Assembly: GCF_004010195.1 (NCBI RefSeq)
Contig: NC_057759.1
Coordinates: forward strand, 4,144,301-4,208,300
Source: Chiloscyllium plagiosum
Lineage: Eukaryota
Direction: 5' to 3'
Length of the DNA: 64,000 nt
Part shown: positions 11,090 through 25,090 of the stretch, piece by piece
Layout: each line of letters begins with the position of its first letter
How positions within the stretch are numbered: the first letter of the stretch is position 1
Position numbers and translations under genes: made by a program
Notes under the pieces: model-generated
The model's input: the letters and a program-made list of their open reading frames with translations, nothing else
What the model was told of the DNA's origin: nothing
Databases searched by the model: none

Positions 11090-12010
11090 CTACCAAAAAG
11101 CATACTACTGTCCTCCTTTCTGCATTAGGCCCGTATCCTTGAATGCTGAGAAACATCAAGTGGATTTCTGTGTACTTCGTAAAGATCGTGAGGTTACCTG
11201 CAATCCAAACAGTGCATTTCAGACATCCACAGGCTCTGGGTGATAAGCAGATCCTTAAATCCCTTCTAAAACTCTTGCCTTTCATATTAAATTTATAATA
11301 CCCTTTTACTGGCCCTTTGACTAAAGTGAACAGCTGCATCCTGTCCCCCTGCCCATGAACCTCAATCTTACACACCTCTATCAGGCCTCCCACCTCTGGT
11401 CCAACGAAAACAACCCAGACTCTCTTCATTGCTGAAATACTCCATCCCAGGTAACATGCTGGTGAATCTCCTTTGCACCCACTCCAGTGCAATCACATCA
11501 TTCCTATAGTGCGGATACTGGAACTGAGCACAGTGGTAGTTGAGGCTGGAGCTTTTATCAATAGAATGTTGGGAGCTTGAGGGGAGATCCTATGAAGGTT
11601 TGTAGAATCATGAAGGTCATAGATAACATGGATTGGCAAGGTCTTTCTCCCATTAGAATGTGAGGACTGCACTGCTGGAGATCAGAGTCGAACAGTGTGG
11701 AAAAGCACAGCAGGTCAGGCCGTATCCGAAGAGCAGGATAGTGGAGGCTCAAACTCGAGGGCATAGGTTTAATATAAGGGGGAAAGATTTGAAATGATCT
11801 TGAGATGCAGTTGTTCCACTTAGATGGTGATGAATGCATATAAAATGAGCTGCCAGACGCAGTGGTAGAGGTGGGTACAATTATAATATTTAAAAGACCT
11901 TTTGACAGACACATAATTAAAAATGTTTAGAGGGATGGGGGCCAAAGTTAGGCAAATGAGACTGAATCAGATTGGGATGGCTGACCAGTGCGATGGAGTT
12001 GAACACAACC
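11090..12010. mobile_element. Decayed CR1 3' fragments (minus ~11090-11535, plus ~11560-12010)
   Basis: RT C-terminal/3' UTR similarity to other CR1 copies. Confidence 0.7.
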
Positions 12011-12113
12011 AAAGAAGTTGTTTTACTCTGCCATCAAATCACCATGACGTTTTCTTTATTCTTTATCAATTAACTGCCACCAGTAAATCAGCTAATTAGA
12101 TATTGACAACAAA

Positions 12114-12422
12114 AATCATTGGTGACCTTTAAGCGGCAATTGGATATGTACATTGATGGGTACTTCAGCTAGAACAAATGTTCGGCACAACATCGTGGGC
12201 CGAAGGCCCTGTTTTTTGCTGTATTGTGCTATGTTCTGTGAGTGAACCTACGCTGTTGGCATCACTTTGTATTAGCAAATTGTCTGCCCAGCTAACTTCC
12301 CTCCAATGTAATGTGGAATATGCCAAGGCACAAAAGAGAAACAAGTGTTAGGGAATATCGAAGATTAAAAACCAAAACAATATTGGCAGTTTCAAGCCGT
12401 TTGTAAAATTTTCGACAATGAT
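12114..12422 (+). repeat. ~310-bp direct duplicate of 10463-10770
   Basis: Near-identical sequence covering the CR1 tail, flank and 3' part of the TM exon. Confidence 0.92.
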
Positions 12423-13787
12423 AGGAAAGTGAATAAATGGAGAGCATTGATGGACACCATGTGCACCCTCACTAAGGACACACGCATATGAATGTAACTG
12501 CAAAAGACGGATACTGCGTCGGATTTTGTTTTCTTTTCCTTAACCAGAAGTACTACTATATTAACTTAATGACTTTTCCATCAATAAATCACCCTGCTTT
12601 TCAGTTTTTTTTGAACGATTAACCACTACCAGAACTCAGTCTGATTTTTAATTTTCTTTCAACAACATGTGTTATCATAAAACAAAAGTTGCTAGCCACC
12701 AAAATAGCTGTAACTACTTCTTTTTTGCATTTCTCCTCACTTTTTGAACTGTGAGACATTACCAATAAATCGTCAATTTGCCATTTATATGATCATGAAA
12801 AACCATTAAAAGTGTGGGGGATGTAAGGAATGGGACCAAACCAAAATGGACTTCGAGGGGGAATAAAGCACTGTATACCTCGCAGTGCCCACCTCTCTTG
12901 AAAGGCATTCAGAGCAGGAGGAGACACCAGTTTCTCTCTCTCTACAATGACAACTAGGCATGGAAGGGGACAATGGATCTTTTAGCGTTGCTATTGAATA
13001 CCTGTGGATCAGATCTTTAACCCAGGTCTCTTGTTTCAGCGGAAGGGACAGTACCACTGCATCACAAGAGGTCCCCGGGGCAAGGGTTGCCTTATATTTC
13101 TTGTTCTTTTGTAACTTTTTGGCCCATTGGAACTCTTTAATTTCCTTTTTCCCCCAAATCAACCGTGGTAATGTGTATATTTGTTTTCTCACTTTGTAAA
13201 CATGCTGAGACAATGCGAAAAGACACTGTTCTGAATGGACTGGATTACTTATGTATGTTTGCATCACAACGAAAATACCCGAGTGGCTAAATATATATTA
13301 TAAAGCTACGCCTGTTAAGGGCAATGCGGACATGAAAAAAAAAGAGAGAGACCAGGGGAAGAGGGAGGTCAATATATCAGACTGGAGATAATGCAGGAAA
13401 TAAATCGCTTCCTCCTTTTCAGTGCCCACCTCACTCTGAAGGCTTCAAAAGCATTTGTAAACTGCATTGACAATAGCTGTTGTTTTGAGTTGATATGTTT
13501 GAATGGATATTGCTCTGTTCACATTTTAACTCCTTGACCGGAAGGAGATAATGTTTTCTGCAACATTATCAATTAATACCACGCTCTCCATCTGCTATGC
13601 TGGATGCGTATAAAATGCCCATTCGACCACAAAGCAAGAACATGTGGAATCCACATTATAGGAAGAGTGCGATAGCCACTGGGAGAGGGTGCAGAAGGAG
13701 ATTTACTGGGATGTGTCATGTGAGCTGAGAAGTTTTATATACGAGTACGGAGAGAGACTGCGACAGAAGAGAAACTAATGGAAAATT

Positions 13788-14078
13788 GGGCGGCACGGTG
13801 CCACAGTGGTTAGTACTACTGCCTCGCAGCGCCAGCAGATACGGGTTCAATTCCCGCCTCAGGTGACTGAGTGTGTGGAGTTTGCACATTCTCCCCGTGT
13901 CTGCGTGCGTTCTCGCTGGTTTCCTCCCAGAGTCCAAAGATGTGCAGGTTAGGTGAATTGGCCATGTTAAATTGCCCGTAGTGTTAGGTGAAGGGGTAAA
14001 TGTATGGGTGGGTGGCGGGTCAGTGTTGATTTGTTGGGCTGAAGGGCCTGTTTCCACGCTGTAAGTAATCTAATCTAA
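13788..14078 (+). mobile_element. HE1-type SINE
   Basis: tRNA-like head, central core, (taatc)n tail. Confidence 0.92.
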
Positions 14079-14464
14079 CACACTTCTGACGAAGAGTCAC
14101 TGGACTCAGATTAGTAATTCTGTTTCTCTCTCTCCACAGATGATGCCAGAACCGCTGAGTTTCACCCAGAACTTCGTGTTGAAAACATATAATATTTAAA
14201 ATAACTCCATGAACCTAGTATTCTGTCAACAAGACACCGTTCTTTCACACGTGCACTTTCATGAGACTGACCCAGCTAGCATAGAACTGGTTCCTACAGA
14301 GAGCACAACTAATGATACTTCGGTTTATATTTAGCAGCAGGACTCCCTGATCATGCCAGGATAACGGCTCCAGTTAGGAAATTCATATTCTATGGCTGAT
14401 CCATTAGCCGTCTGGCTGATCCATTGGTCTTTTCTTCTTCCTACAGCGTCCCCAGAGCACTTTC

Positions 14465-15190
14465 ATAGAACATAGAACATAGAACATAGAAGAATACAGC
14501 GCAGTACAGGCCCTTTGGCCCTCGATGTTGCGCCGATCCAAGCCCACCTAACCTATACTAACCCACTATCCTCCATNNNNNNNNNNNNNNNNNNNNNNNN
14601 NNNNNNNNNNNNNNNNNNNNNNNNNNNNNNNNNNNNNNNNNNNNNNNNNNNNNNNNNNNNNNNNNNNNNNNNNNNNNNNNNNNNNNNNNNNNNNNNNNNN
14701 NNNNNNNNNNNNNNNNNNNNNNNNNNNNNNNNNNNNNNNNNNNNNNNNNNNNNNNNNNNNNNNNNTTTCACCCAGAACTTCGTGTTGAAAACCTATAATA
14801 TTTAAAATAACTCCATGAACCTAGTATTCTGTCAACAAGACACCGTTCTTTCACATGTGCACTTTCATGAGACTGACCCAGCTAGCATAGAACTGGTTCC
14901 TACAGAGAGCACAACTAATGATACTTCGGTTTATATTTAGCAGCAGGACTCCCTGATCATGCCAAGATAACGGCTCCAGTTAGGAAATTCATATTCTATG
15001 GCTGATCCATTAGCCGTCTGGCTGATCCATAGGTCTTTTCTTCTTCCTACAGCGTCCCCAGAGCACTTTCGCACCAGGTCCAGTTCCTCAGACTGTGCCT
15101 GGACAGTGGTGGTGTGCATACACTGCAGCCTGCCTCCTGTACCCCTAAAATCCATATATACCACATCTACCGCTTTCCCCTCATCAACCT
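14465..15190 (-). mobile_element. 5'-truncated CR1 insertion (3' tail 14465-14576, 5' end 15146-15190), mostly in gap, with TSD ACTTTC
   Basis: (catagaa)n tail follows actttc at 14459-14464. The RT fragment VDEGKAVDVVYMDF ends at 15190 and is followed by actttc at 15191-15196. Confidence 0.75.
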
Positions 15191-18100
15191 ACTTTCGCAC
15201 CAGGTCCAGTTCCTCAGACTGTGCCTGGACAGTGGTGGTGTGCATACACTGCAGCCTGCCTCCTGTACCCCGAGTGTATCGGCCTAAAAGTATTTTCTTC
15301 TTTCAGGCAGTAATGGCATCGATGCTGCAAATTTTGCAGTGTCCTTCTCGACACTAAGCAGTAGGGGCGAACTCAACAGTTAGGACATCTTTGGCGGATA
15401 TTCTGTGGGACTGGTTATGTTTTCCTTCACCCCTATTTGTGAGTTTGCAGCTTTCACGTGGTCAATATGCTTGTTCAGTCCCGCTTCACCAACTCGAACT
15501 TTGCATGTCAGTGGACGTGACCTCACAAAACCTATGCTATTGCCGTGGCTTCAAACCAAAACTTCGTCCTCAGAAAAAAATCTATCTCTCACGAAGCGGA
15601 GTCTTGCGTTGGCATTCCTGATCCCATTTCACCCTTATCCACGTCCAGGAAGATCAGGTTTAATCTTCATTAGCAACTCTAGTGGTGTCCCTGCAGCTGT
15701 GTGAGGGATGGTCCTAATTAAACAAGAATTGGGGCAGGTTGGTTTTGAGTGAAGCTGTAGACTGTTTCTATAAACATGCCTTCAAAGTTTGGATTTCTCC
15801 TTCCTCCAGCGATGGATGCTATGGAGCTATCCTGACATGTCAAATGCCTTTTTAACTTCTGGTCGAATTCTCTGCTGGTAGGTGATGGCCCATTTTCTGC
15901 GAGCAACTTTTTTGCAGTCCATCAATTGCAAGAGATGCTTGCAACTTTTCAATCATTTTCATGTATTTTACGAATAAACTATATGCACGTCCAACCATTT
16001 TGAATGATGACTAAAAACATTGAGCCCATGTAAGGAAACGCACAATTGACATTAGATTAGATTACAGTGTGGTAACAGGCCCTTCGGCCCAACAAGTCCA
16101 CACCGACCCGCAACCCACCCATTTACCTAACACAAAACCTAACACTACGGGCAATTTAGCATGGCCAATTCACCTAACCTGCACATCTTTGGCCTGTGGC
16201 AGGAAACCGGAGCACCCGGAGGAAACCCACGCAGACACGGGGAGAACGTGCAAAGTCCACACAGTCAGTCGCCTGAGGTGGGAATTGAACCCGGGTCTCT
16301 GGCACTGTGAGGCCGTAGTGCTAACTACTGTGCCACCGTGCCGCCCACTAGCATATAATCAAAATCAGGGTTTAGCAGAGATGGGGAGCTTCTGGTGGCA
16401 ATTTCTGCTCTTGGAAGCAATCTGGTCACTGTCCCACCAAAGTAGAAAAGTCAGCATCCAATCCTAGCCACCAGACATAACTTATGTGCAACAGCTTCAT
16501 TTTGGAAACTCCTACATATGCCTGGTGGAGATTAGCCAGCATCGGGCAGTCAGCTGTACAAAAGAAATCCGTTTTTCTCCCCAAAATAACAATATATCCT
16601 CTCTGTCTTCTGGTCTTTCCAAATCCAAAAAGGTTTCAATTCTGATTGTGATGGTCCTTCTGTTTCCGCATCATTCCAGCTGTTTCTGATTTGCCAAGAT
16701 GGGAACTTTTTATTTCCATAGTCAGATATCTTCAACAGTGACAGGAAGGGAGAACAGGAAGTTTAGAAAAAAAGCAGAACGGACTCTTCAAGTGACGGAT
16801 ATCCACACTATCAGTCTTACGAATAAATGCTGTATTCGAGGGATTGGGTATTAGTCCAGCTGTGAAAAGTGGTTTACTTTTAGTTAGAAATCCCAGCAAA
16901 GATAAACTGTTCTGTCAAACTTTACAAATGGTACAACCGACGCTACCCATTCCACAAATTGGACCGGTTTGGTGATTACTGCCTCTACTTTTGCTCGTAA
17001 TGCAATGGTCCTCGGCGGGCCTTACAGAATCCTGGAATTGTTTCTTGATCAACATGTAACGTGACCTTGCCTCATTTGATAGGCCCTAAACCTTTTGAAA
17101 AACTTTCAGATATTTAATTAAGACTTAACTCAGACAGCTATTTTCTGATTGAGAAATGTTGAGTCAAACAAGATTAATCTTTCTCAACCAACTTCAGTTC
17201 ATCAAGCTTGGGTCCGACTTTTTTTTTTCTACAGTCAGCTCTAACCAGACCAAGTGCTTCTCATAAGAGATCTATAGTTGTATCCTTACTCTGTAGGGGT
17301 TACATGGTAGAAGTTCTTAGCCAGGCTAAGGTCTTTAACAAACTCAAGGGGAGGTGTCCAGATTGAATTTTGGTAAAGACTGGTTCCACATCAGTGCCGG
17401 TATCAATCTCTATTAAATAGGCGACTATTTAACCAAACGTTTAAATCGATTAGTTCGGATTTGATGTTGTGTACCAATCTAACTGTTGCAAACCACTTGC
17501 AGGGGGATTTTCCAGCCTGTTTACTCTCCAGGATAGCAGCTTATGAGTTCTCTTCATCAGATCAGGCTGAGTGGGACTCTTCTGCTGTCGCAAGTCCACA
17601 TACTAGTAGGACTACAATGGCCTGTGGCCTGGATCCTTGAGAAAACTTTGATTGTTTTGCCAAAGTTTGGCTTTGCTTTGGTGTTTCGCTGTGGACTGAC
17701 ATAGAGTCCCTCTGTTCAGGTTATGTCCTGAGTAAGGCTTTGCAAACGTCCTCACTGAAGTGGTGCTCACCCAACTCAGATGGCCTGGCCAGCGTGCCCA
17801 CTTCCATTAGAATGCCCTTTAACTCATAAGCTCCTTTTACCGCATTTTCAAATGAGAAAGCCAGTTGGAGCGCCTGTTTGAAATCAAATTAGGATTTCAA
17901 CTAGTAGGTACTTTTGCGTGGTTACATTATTAATCTCACATGCTAAATAATTTCTCAGCACCTCACTTAGTGTTAAAGCAAAACTACGTGCCTCTGCCAG
18001 TAATCTTAATCTTGTCATAAATCCCAATACAAATTCCCCTATTTCTCGAACTGCCGAGTAAAAGTGTTAGCATCACAGCATTAAAGGCGGCTTGGGGTTG

Positions 18101-18690
18101 TAATGTTCCATCACTGAATCCACCAACTCTGTAAAGGATTTAGCATGTGGTGCCTCGGGGAATGTTAAGCTTTTAATAATTGCAAAAGCTGCTCGCCCAA
18201 ATGCCATCAGGAGAATTATTTGCTTCGTTTTATCTGCCTTAATATCACTTCCCCAGAAAGAAATAACACATTATTTCCAGGATGTGGAAGAGCCCGTGTT
18301 GGACTGGGGTGGACAAAGTTAAAAATCAGACAACATCAGGTTATAGTGCAACAGGTATATTTGGAAGCACTAGATTTCGGAGCACTGCACATTATTCATG
18401 AGGATGTGAAGTAGGACCATAAGACATAGGAATTGTGTCTTATGCTCCTACTCCACCATTACCTATAACTCGGTATTGTGTGATTTTTAACGTTATTTCT
18501 ACATACCGGACCCAGTCTAACTTCCCAAATAATTCCATGATACCCGAAATGTTTACGCCAATTCACAGATTACTGTTGTGAGCGAATATCTTCATCGTGT
18601 GTTTTTCTGTCGTCACCACTGAAATAACTCGACAAGGACTGGTATCCAGTCAGTAAGTCACCCTTCATTTACAAGTGCATAATACATAAA
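14803..18690 (-). mobile_element. Decayed Gypsy LTR retrotransposon (gag-protease-RT-integrase remnants)
   Basis: 5' LTR end ...ttatttca then PBS-like gtggtgacgac at ~18610-18620. Gag ELVDSVMEHYNPKPP..RLRLLAE (~17950-18130), protease EIDTG (~17396-17410), integrase AENGPSPTSREF (~15870-15900) and NKHIDHVK (~15455-15480). 3' LTR ~14803-15030 resembles the 5' LTR remnant. Confidence 0.85.
16052..16347 (-). mobile_element. HE1-type SINE nested in the Gypsy element
   Basis: Full SINE with (tctaa)n tail. Confidence 0.92.
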
Positions 18691-18849
18691 GGGTGCAGAA
18701 AGGGGCGGGCTACATTGCAGAAAATAAACATGCAACATGGTGTGCCATACTAGAACAGATTTTTCTATTGGACAATACATGCTAAACGGTTCCGAATGTG
18801 CAAGGGATACTGCTGACAAGTGGATGCGGGAAAAGTAAAAGGATTCTGG

Positions 18850-21800
18850 GTAATCCAAGGAGGAGAGAGGGGAAAAGGTAACTGCTCTATTTTGAAGTAG
18901 TTTAGCTGTTGGAGCGGATTTCCTTGAATTCCAGAAGCTATAATTACTATTCTGTAAGCTGTTGCATTGTTTGGAACTTTGGGGAAGAGAAGGTCAAAAC
19001 AATGGAACTTTGAAAAGGGCGAAGGGAGACAAAGGCAGAGACCACATGGTCAGGGAAAGAAACCTACACAGCTGTCTGACACATCAGTGGATCTGCACAG
19101 CGACTACCTTTGCTGTTTGAGGTCAAGTACTTCTGGACATCAGAGTGCATCTAAGCAAAATTAACGATCAGGAAAATTCACAGCTGACCTTGGAGGAACT
19201 TGTGTAGGTGAGCTCAAAGCATAGGAACAGGGAAGTGCATAGTTTTCAACTGTAACCTTGCTGTTACATTTTTGTAAATCTACAACAGGGAGTAGAGTGG
19301 GTTCTTTTCAAAATATATAATTTAGTGGGTTCTGTCTCCTTGATGAAATTTTTAAAAGATAAAACATTGGTACTAAATTAGCCTGCAGCAGTGTTTTGAG
19401 AGCTCTGAGACTATGCTATTTTTTGGGATTGTAGATAGTTAATGTGCAAAACTGGCCTTTAGTAGAGTGGTGTGCTACTCCTGTCAAAGGTGGGAGATTT
19501 GGGAGAGATCCAATATTATTATTGATTATGTCTGCAGTAAGTGTGTTTAATTGTGAATCCTATCATATCTGTTTGAAAGGCACTTAGAGGCAATGAGGAA
19601 TTTACAGGATCTAGAGGGTGTAATGAAAAGCAGTCATAAGAAGGGAGAAAAAACATAGATACAGTCAGGTACATGGGTTAACTACAGGAAAGGTAAGAGA
19701 GGGAGGCAGGCAGTGCAGTGCAGGAGTCGCCTGTGGCTATCCCTATCTCAAAGAAGTAAGCTATTTTGGAAAATGTACTGGGCGATGGACTCTCAGAGGA
19801 ATGTAATACAAACAGTTCAGTTACTGGTACCGAGACAGGCTCTAACGTAATGAGGGATACATAGGGTTCCAAGTGATCGATTGTGATAAGGGACTCTCTA
19901 CTCAGAGGCACAAACAGTATTAGGCAACAAATTTCAAAAGTTGATTGGAAGCGGATGCTTGCAGTTAAATGGATGGCTGGAAAATGGGAAGCCGTCAAAA
20001 ATGACAACGAGATTCCAGAGACAGTATGTTCCTATTTGGGTGAAAGGAAAGGCTGGTAGGTGCAGGGAATTTTGGATGATTAGAGAAATTGAGGTTTTCA
20101 TATTAAAAAAAAGGAAACATATGTCAGATATGGTGAGCAGCTGTCGAGTAAATCATTAGAAGAGTATAAAGACAGTAGGAGGATACTTAAGAGGGAAATC
20201 AGGAGGGCAAAAAAGGGACATGAGGTAGCTTTGCCAAATAGGGATAGGAAAATCCAAAGGGATTTGATAAATAAATTGAGGACAAAAGACCAAGAAGGGT
20301 GTGAATAGGACTCAACAAAGATCAGCGAGGCATCTTATGTGTGGAACCAGAGGAGATGGGGGAGATTGGAAACAAGTACTTTGCATCACCATTTACTGTG
20401 GACAAGAATATGAAAGATATAGAATGTGGGGAAATAGATGGTGGCATCTTGAAATAAGTCCATATTACAAAGGGGGGAGGTGTTGGATGTCGTAAAATGC
20501 ATAAAGGTTATAAATCCCGAGGACCTGATCATGTGTACCCTAGGAATCTGTGGAAAGCTGGGCAAGTGATGATAAGCCCCTTGCTGAGATATTTGGATCT
20601 TCAATAATTGCAGGTGAAGTGCTGGAAGACTGGAAGTTGGCTAACGTGGTGCCAATCTTGAGAAAATATGGTAAGGAAATGCCAGAAAATGAGAGACTGA
20701 TGAGCTGATATGAGTGATGGGCAATTTGTTGGAAAGAATTCTGAGGGAAAGGATTTAGGAAAGGAAAGAACACATTAGAGAAAGTCAATATGGCTATGTG
20801 AATGAGAAATCGTGTCTCGTTAACTTGATTGAGTTTTTTGAAGAAGTAACAAATAGGATGGATGAAGGCAGAGCAAGGGACATGATCGATACGGGCTTCA
20901 GTAAGGCACTTGAGAAGTTTCCTCGTGGTAGACTGCTGAGAGAGGAATACAGGGAGAACTATCAATTTGGATACAGTACTGGCCACAAGGTAGACGACAG
21001 AAGGTGATGGTGATTGTTTTTCAGACTGGAGGCCTGTGACCAGTGGTCTACCACAAGAATGGGTGCTGCGTCCACTGCTTTTTGACATTTACATAAATAA
21101 TTTGGATGAGGAGATCGGAGGTCTGGTTAGTAAGTAAGTTGGTGACGCCAAAATTGGAGGTTACGTGGACAGTGAAAAAGGTTATCTCAGAGTACAACAG
21201 GATCTTGATCAGATGGGTCAATGGGCCAAAGGGTGCCAGATGTAGTTTAATTTAGGAAAGTGTGAGGTGCTGCATTTTGGAAAGGTTAATCAGGGCAGGA
21301 CATATACAATTAATGGTAAGGTCCTGGGGACTGTTACTGAACAAAGATATCTTGGAGTGCAGATTCATAGCTCCTTGAAAGTAGAGTTGTTGATAGATAG
21401 GATAGTGAAGAAGGCTTTGGTATGCTTTCCTTTATCAGTCAGATAATTGAGTAATCGGACTTGGGAGATCATATTGCACCTGTACAGGATATTGTTTAGG
21501 CAACTTTCGGAATATTGTGTGCAATTCTGGTCTCCCTGTTTTCGGAAGGATGCTGTGAACCCTGAAAGGGTTCAGAAAAGGCTTGCAAGAATGCTGCTAG
21601 ATTTGGAGGAGTTGAGCTGCAGGGAGAGAATGGATAGGCTGGCGCTGTTCTCCCTGGAACCTCGCAGGCTGAGGGGTTACCTGTCAAGGTTTGTAAAGTC
21701 ATGAGGGGCATAGATGTAGAGAATTTACAAGATATATGCCCTGAGTCAGAAATAGAGGCCATAGTTTTATGGTGAGGGGAGAAAGATTTGAAACGAACTG

Positions 21801-22340
21801 AAGCGGCAATTCATTCACACACAGGGTATTGCTTGTATGGAGTAAGCTGCCAGTGGAATTATTGCAGGCTGTTGCAATGACGACATTTAAATGGGATGTG
21901 GATGGCTTTATGAATAGAATATGGGAAAATTGCCAGGAAATGAAACTAGATTAGTTTAGGATATTAGATTACTTACAGTGTGGAAACAGGCGCCTCAGCC
22001 CAACAAGTCCACACCGCCCCATCGAAGCACAACCCACCCATACCCCTACATTTGCCCCTTACCTAATACTACGGGCAATTTAGCTTGGCCAATTCACCTA
22101 ACCTGCAAACCTTTGGACTGCGAGAGGAAACCGGAGCACCCAGAGGAAACCCACGCAGACACGGGGAGAACATGCAAACTCCACACAGGTCAGTCGCCTG
22201 AGGGGGGAATTGAACCCGGGTCTCTGACGCTGTGAGGCAGCAGTGCTAACCACTGTGCCACCGTGCCGCCCACATATATTGTTGGCATGGACGAGTTGGA
22301 CCCAAGAGTCTGTTTCTGTGCTCTATATCTCTATGAGTTA
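18850..22340 (+). mobile_element. Decayed CR1 LINE with internal deletion (ORF1 start ~19450, ORF2 RT remnants)
   Basis: KSCLVNLIEFFEEVT, EYCVQFWSP, ERVQKR motifs; same family as 42735-47089. Confidence 0.88.
21965..22272 (-). mobile_element. HE1-type SINE inserted in the CR1 3' UTR
   Basis: Full SINE sequence. Confidence 0.92.
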
Positions 22341-22579
22341 ATTTATTTGCTGAATATCAGTTTCAAACCTCCCTTTTCGGCAGGAGTAATGTTATAATAA
22401 CTTTTTTTTTAAAAGATTTGGCATTGCAACATTAAAATTAGCAACTGATGATCATCCTTAATAAGACTTAAAAATCCATCTAACAGTTAACTTACTTCAC
22501 TGATTGCAAATGTACCTCACTTGAATTCATTGTCCCTTACCACCATTACTTTATTTTCTACTTATGGAGCATTAATCAC

Positions 22580-23570
22580 CCTTGTGCTTATTTGTCCCCT
22601 TGAGGAGGTAATGCTGAGCTGCGTTCTTGAACTGCTACAGTCCATGCGCTGCAAGTACGCCCTAATTGCTCTGAGGGAGAGAATTACTGTATGTTGACCG
22701 AGTGACACTGAAGGGACAGCCGATATATTTCCGAGTCAGGATGGTGAGTGGCTTGGAGGTGATGTGCAGGTGACGGTGTTCCCACTTATCTACTGCCCTT
22801 GTCCTTCTAGATGGATGTAGTCATGAGTTTTGAAGGTGCTTCTCAGGACCTTTGATGAGTTTCTGTAATAATATTGTCGATGGTACACACTGCTGCGTTT
22901 GAGCATCAGTGGTGGAGGGAGTCAGTGTTTGAGGATGTGGTGCCAATCAGGTGGGAGGTGCTTTGTTCTGGATAGTGTCGATCTTCTCAGCTGCATCCAG
23001 ATAAGTGGGGACTATTCCATCAAGCTCCTGACTTGTGCCCTTTCGATGGTGGACATGCTTTGGGGGTAACCAGGAGGTGAGTTACTCGCTGCAGTATTCC
23101 TAGCATCTGGCCTGCTGTTGTAGCCACAGTATTGGCATGGAGAGTCCAGTTCAGGTTCTGGTCTACACTAACCACCAGGATGTTGGTAGTGGGGGTATTC
23201 ATCAATGGTAATATCATTGAATGTCAAGGGGATGAAGGTTAGATTATCTCTCAAGTGTAACCTCCCGGATGTTGATAGTGGGGGAGGGAGTGTGGCGTCA
23301 ATTCAGTGATGGTAACATCATTTATCATCACGGGGACGATGGTTAGATTCTCACTAAATGATAAACCACAGAACGTTAATTGGGAGGGGATGCAGTGATG
23401 GTAACAATATTGAACATAAATGGCAATGGTTAGATTCTATCTTATTGAAGATGGTATTTGCGTGGTGTAAATGTCCCTTGCCACTTGTCAGCAAAAGCCT
23501 GGATATTATCTCGATATTGCTGCATTTTGACACAAATTGCTTCAGTACGTGAGGAGGGGCGAATGGAGCT
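22580..23570 (-). mobile_element. CR1/L2-group LINE (second family) 3' part
   Basis: NILVVSVDQNLNWTLHANTVA..GQMLGILQRVTHLL RT thumb region; matches 37060-40890 and 63050-63490. Confidence 0.75.
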
Positions 23571-23574
23571 AAAA

Positions 23575-24560
23575 GGTAGAGTCATAGAGATGACCAGCAC
23601 AGAAAGAGACCTTACAGTCCAACTCAACTATTCCGACCAGGTATCCTCAAGTAATCTAATCCTGTTTGCCAACATTTGCATCATAGCCCTCTAAACCTTT
23701 CCTATTCATGTGCCTTTTCAATTTATGGCTCTCCCATTAAACCTGTGCCCTCCAGTTTTGGACTCCGCTACCCTGGGAGAAAGACTTTGGCTATTCACTC
23801 GATCAATGGCCCTCGTGATTTTGAAAATCTCCTTATTTAGTAGACCTCAGTCTCAGGGAAAATAGCCACAGCCTATTCAGCCTCTCCCTATTTATCAAAC
23901 GCTACAACATGGCAACATCCTTATAGATCTTTTCTGAATCATTTCAAGCTTAATAACGTTTATCCTATAGCAAAGAAACCAGAATTAAATGCAGTATTCC
24001 AAAAAAATGGAAGAGCTAAAATCCTGTACAGCCACAACATGACATCACAACTCCTACACTCAATGCACACCCTAATGAGTATACCAAGTATACCGAAGGC
24101 CTTCTTCACTAACCTGTCCACCTGCAACTTCACTTTCAATTATCATCCTGCACCTCTAAGTCTCTGTTGGGCAATATTCCCACAGATGCTGCATTTAAAT
24201 GTATAATTCACTTATTAATCAAGAATGTATCTGACTCAGTCTGAAATATACACAAGGATTCTGTCCACCCACTCACTTCTCTTAGTTAAGGAGCTCCAAA
24301 GACACTCATCCTTCCCAGGGGAGAGAATCCTCCAAATCTTAGTCATCCATTGACACCGTTGCGTGTGAGAATGTGCCTTCTGGTCATAGATGCTTCAATG
24401 ATGGAAAAGCATTCTTTCAGCGTTGACCACATCAAGTGCCTATATGTTTCAAAGACATCACCTCAATTCTTCTAAACTCCAGTGATTAGAGTCACATTCC
24501 GTTTAACTCATAAGGCAATCACCCCATCCCAGGAAATATCCTGGTTGACAGATTATAGAT
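23575..24560 (-). mobile_element. CR1 3' fragments
   Basis: gagtcatagag tail and RT C-terminal remnants. Confidence 0.7.
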
Positions 24561-25090
24561 CGAATGAATATTATTTGTCATCATTTAATATAATGTAGGT
24601 TCGGCAGGTGTGATTTGCTCTAATGGCTAGTGGGCGATGCGAATTATGTGGGTTCAATCCCCACATGGCCTGTGTACTTTCCATCTCAACGTCTCCCTCC
24701 TGTCAACTGTGTTGACCCTCTGCTTGAACCATCAGACGTGTCTCTCTCCAAGGTAAGTGTGGGGCTACAGTTTTGAAAATGCCTATATTTCAGTGGTTAT
24801 CAGTATTACCACACAAAAACCATTAACAAAATAAACTAGTGAGACTCACTGCTAAAACAGCCAGAAAAATAAAACACTCAATTTCAGTGCTTCTTTTATC
24901 CCAGGTTAAAACAGCAATTTAATCAATTACAACCCCACGGTAAACATACGATTCTTATTCAAACTCAAGTCACTTTTATTTTCTTGCTCCGCAAACTCGG
25001 TTTAGATTCTGCTGTAAAGAAAGACTTCTGGGATAAAGAATATACTTGGATGGCGAAGAAGGTTAGGACAAGTATGCTTTGATTAACAGT

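Noticed and set aside
12453..13204. 12-nt (13193-13204) and ~25-nt (near 12480) AG..GT micro-exon candidates
   Set aside because: Signals weak enough to arise by chance; no independent support
13788..13870. tRNA gene
   Set aside because: A/B boxes belong to HE1 SINE heads repeated over ten times in the window; no complete cloverleaf seen
24850..25012. Minus-strand hydrophobic stretch IECFIFLAVLA|gtgagt and a nearby ~62-nt exon-like segment
   Set aside because: No start codon, and stops in all frames of the second segment
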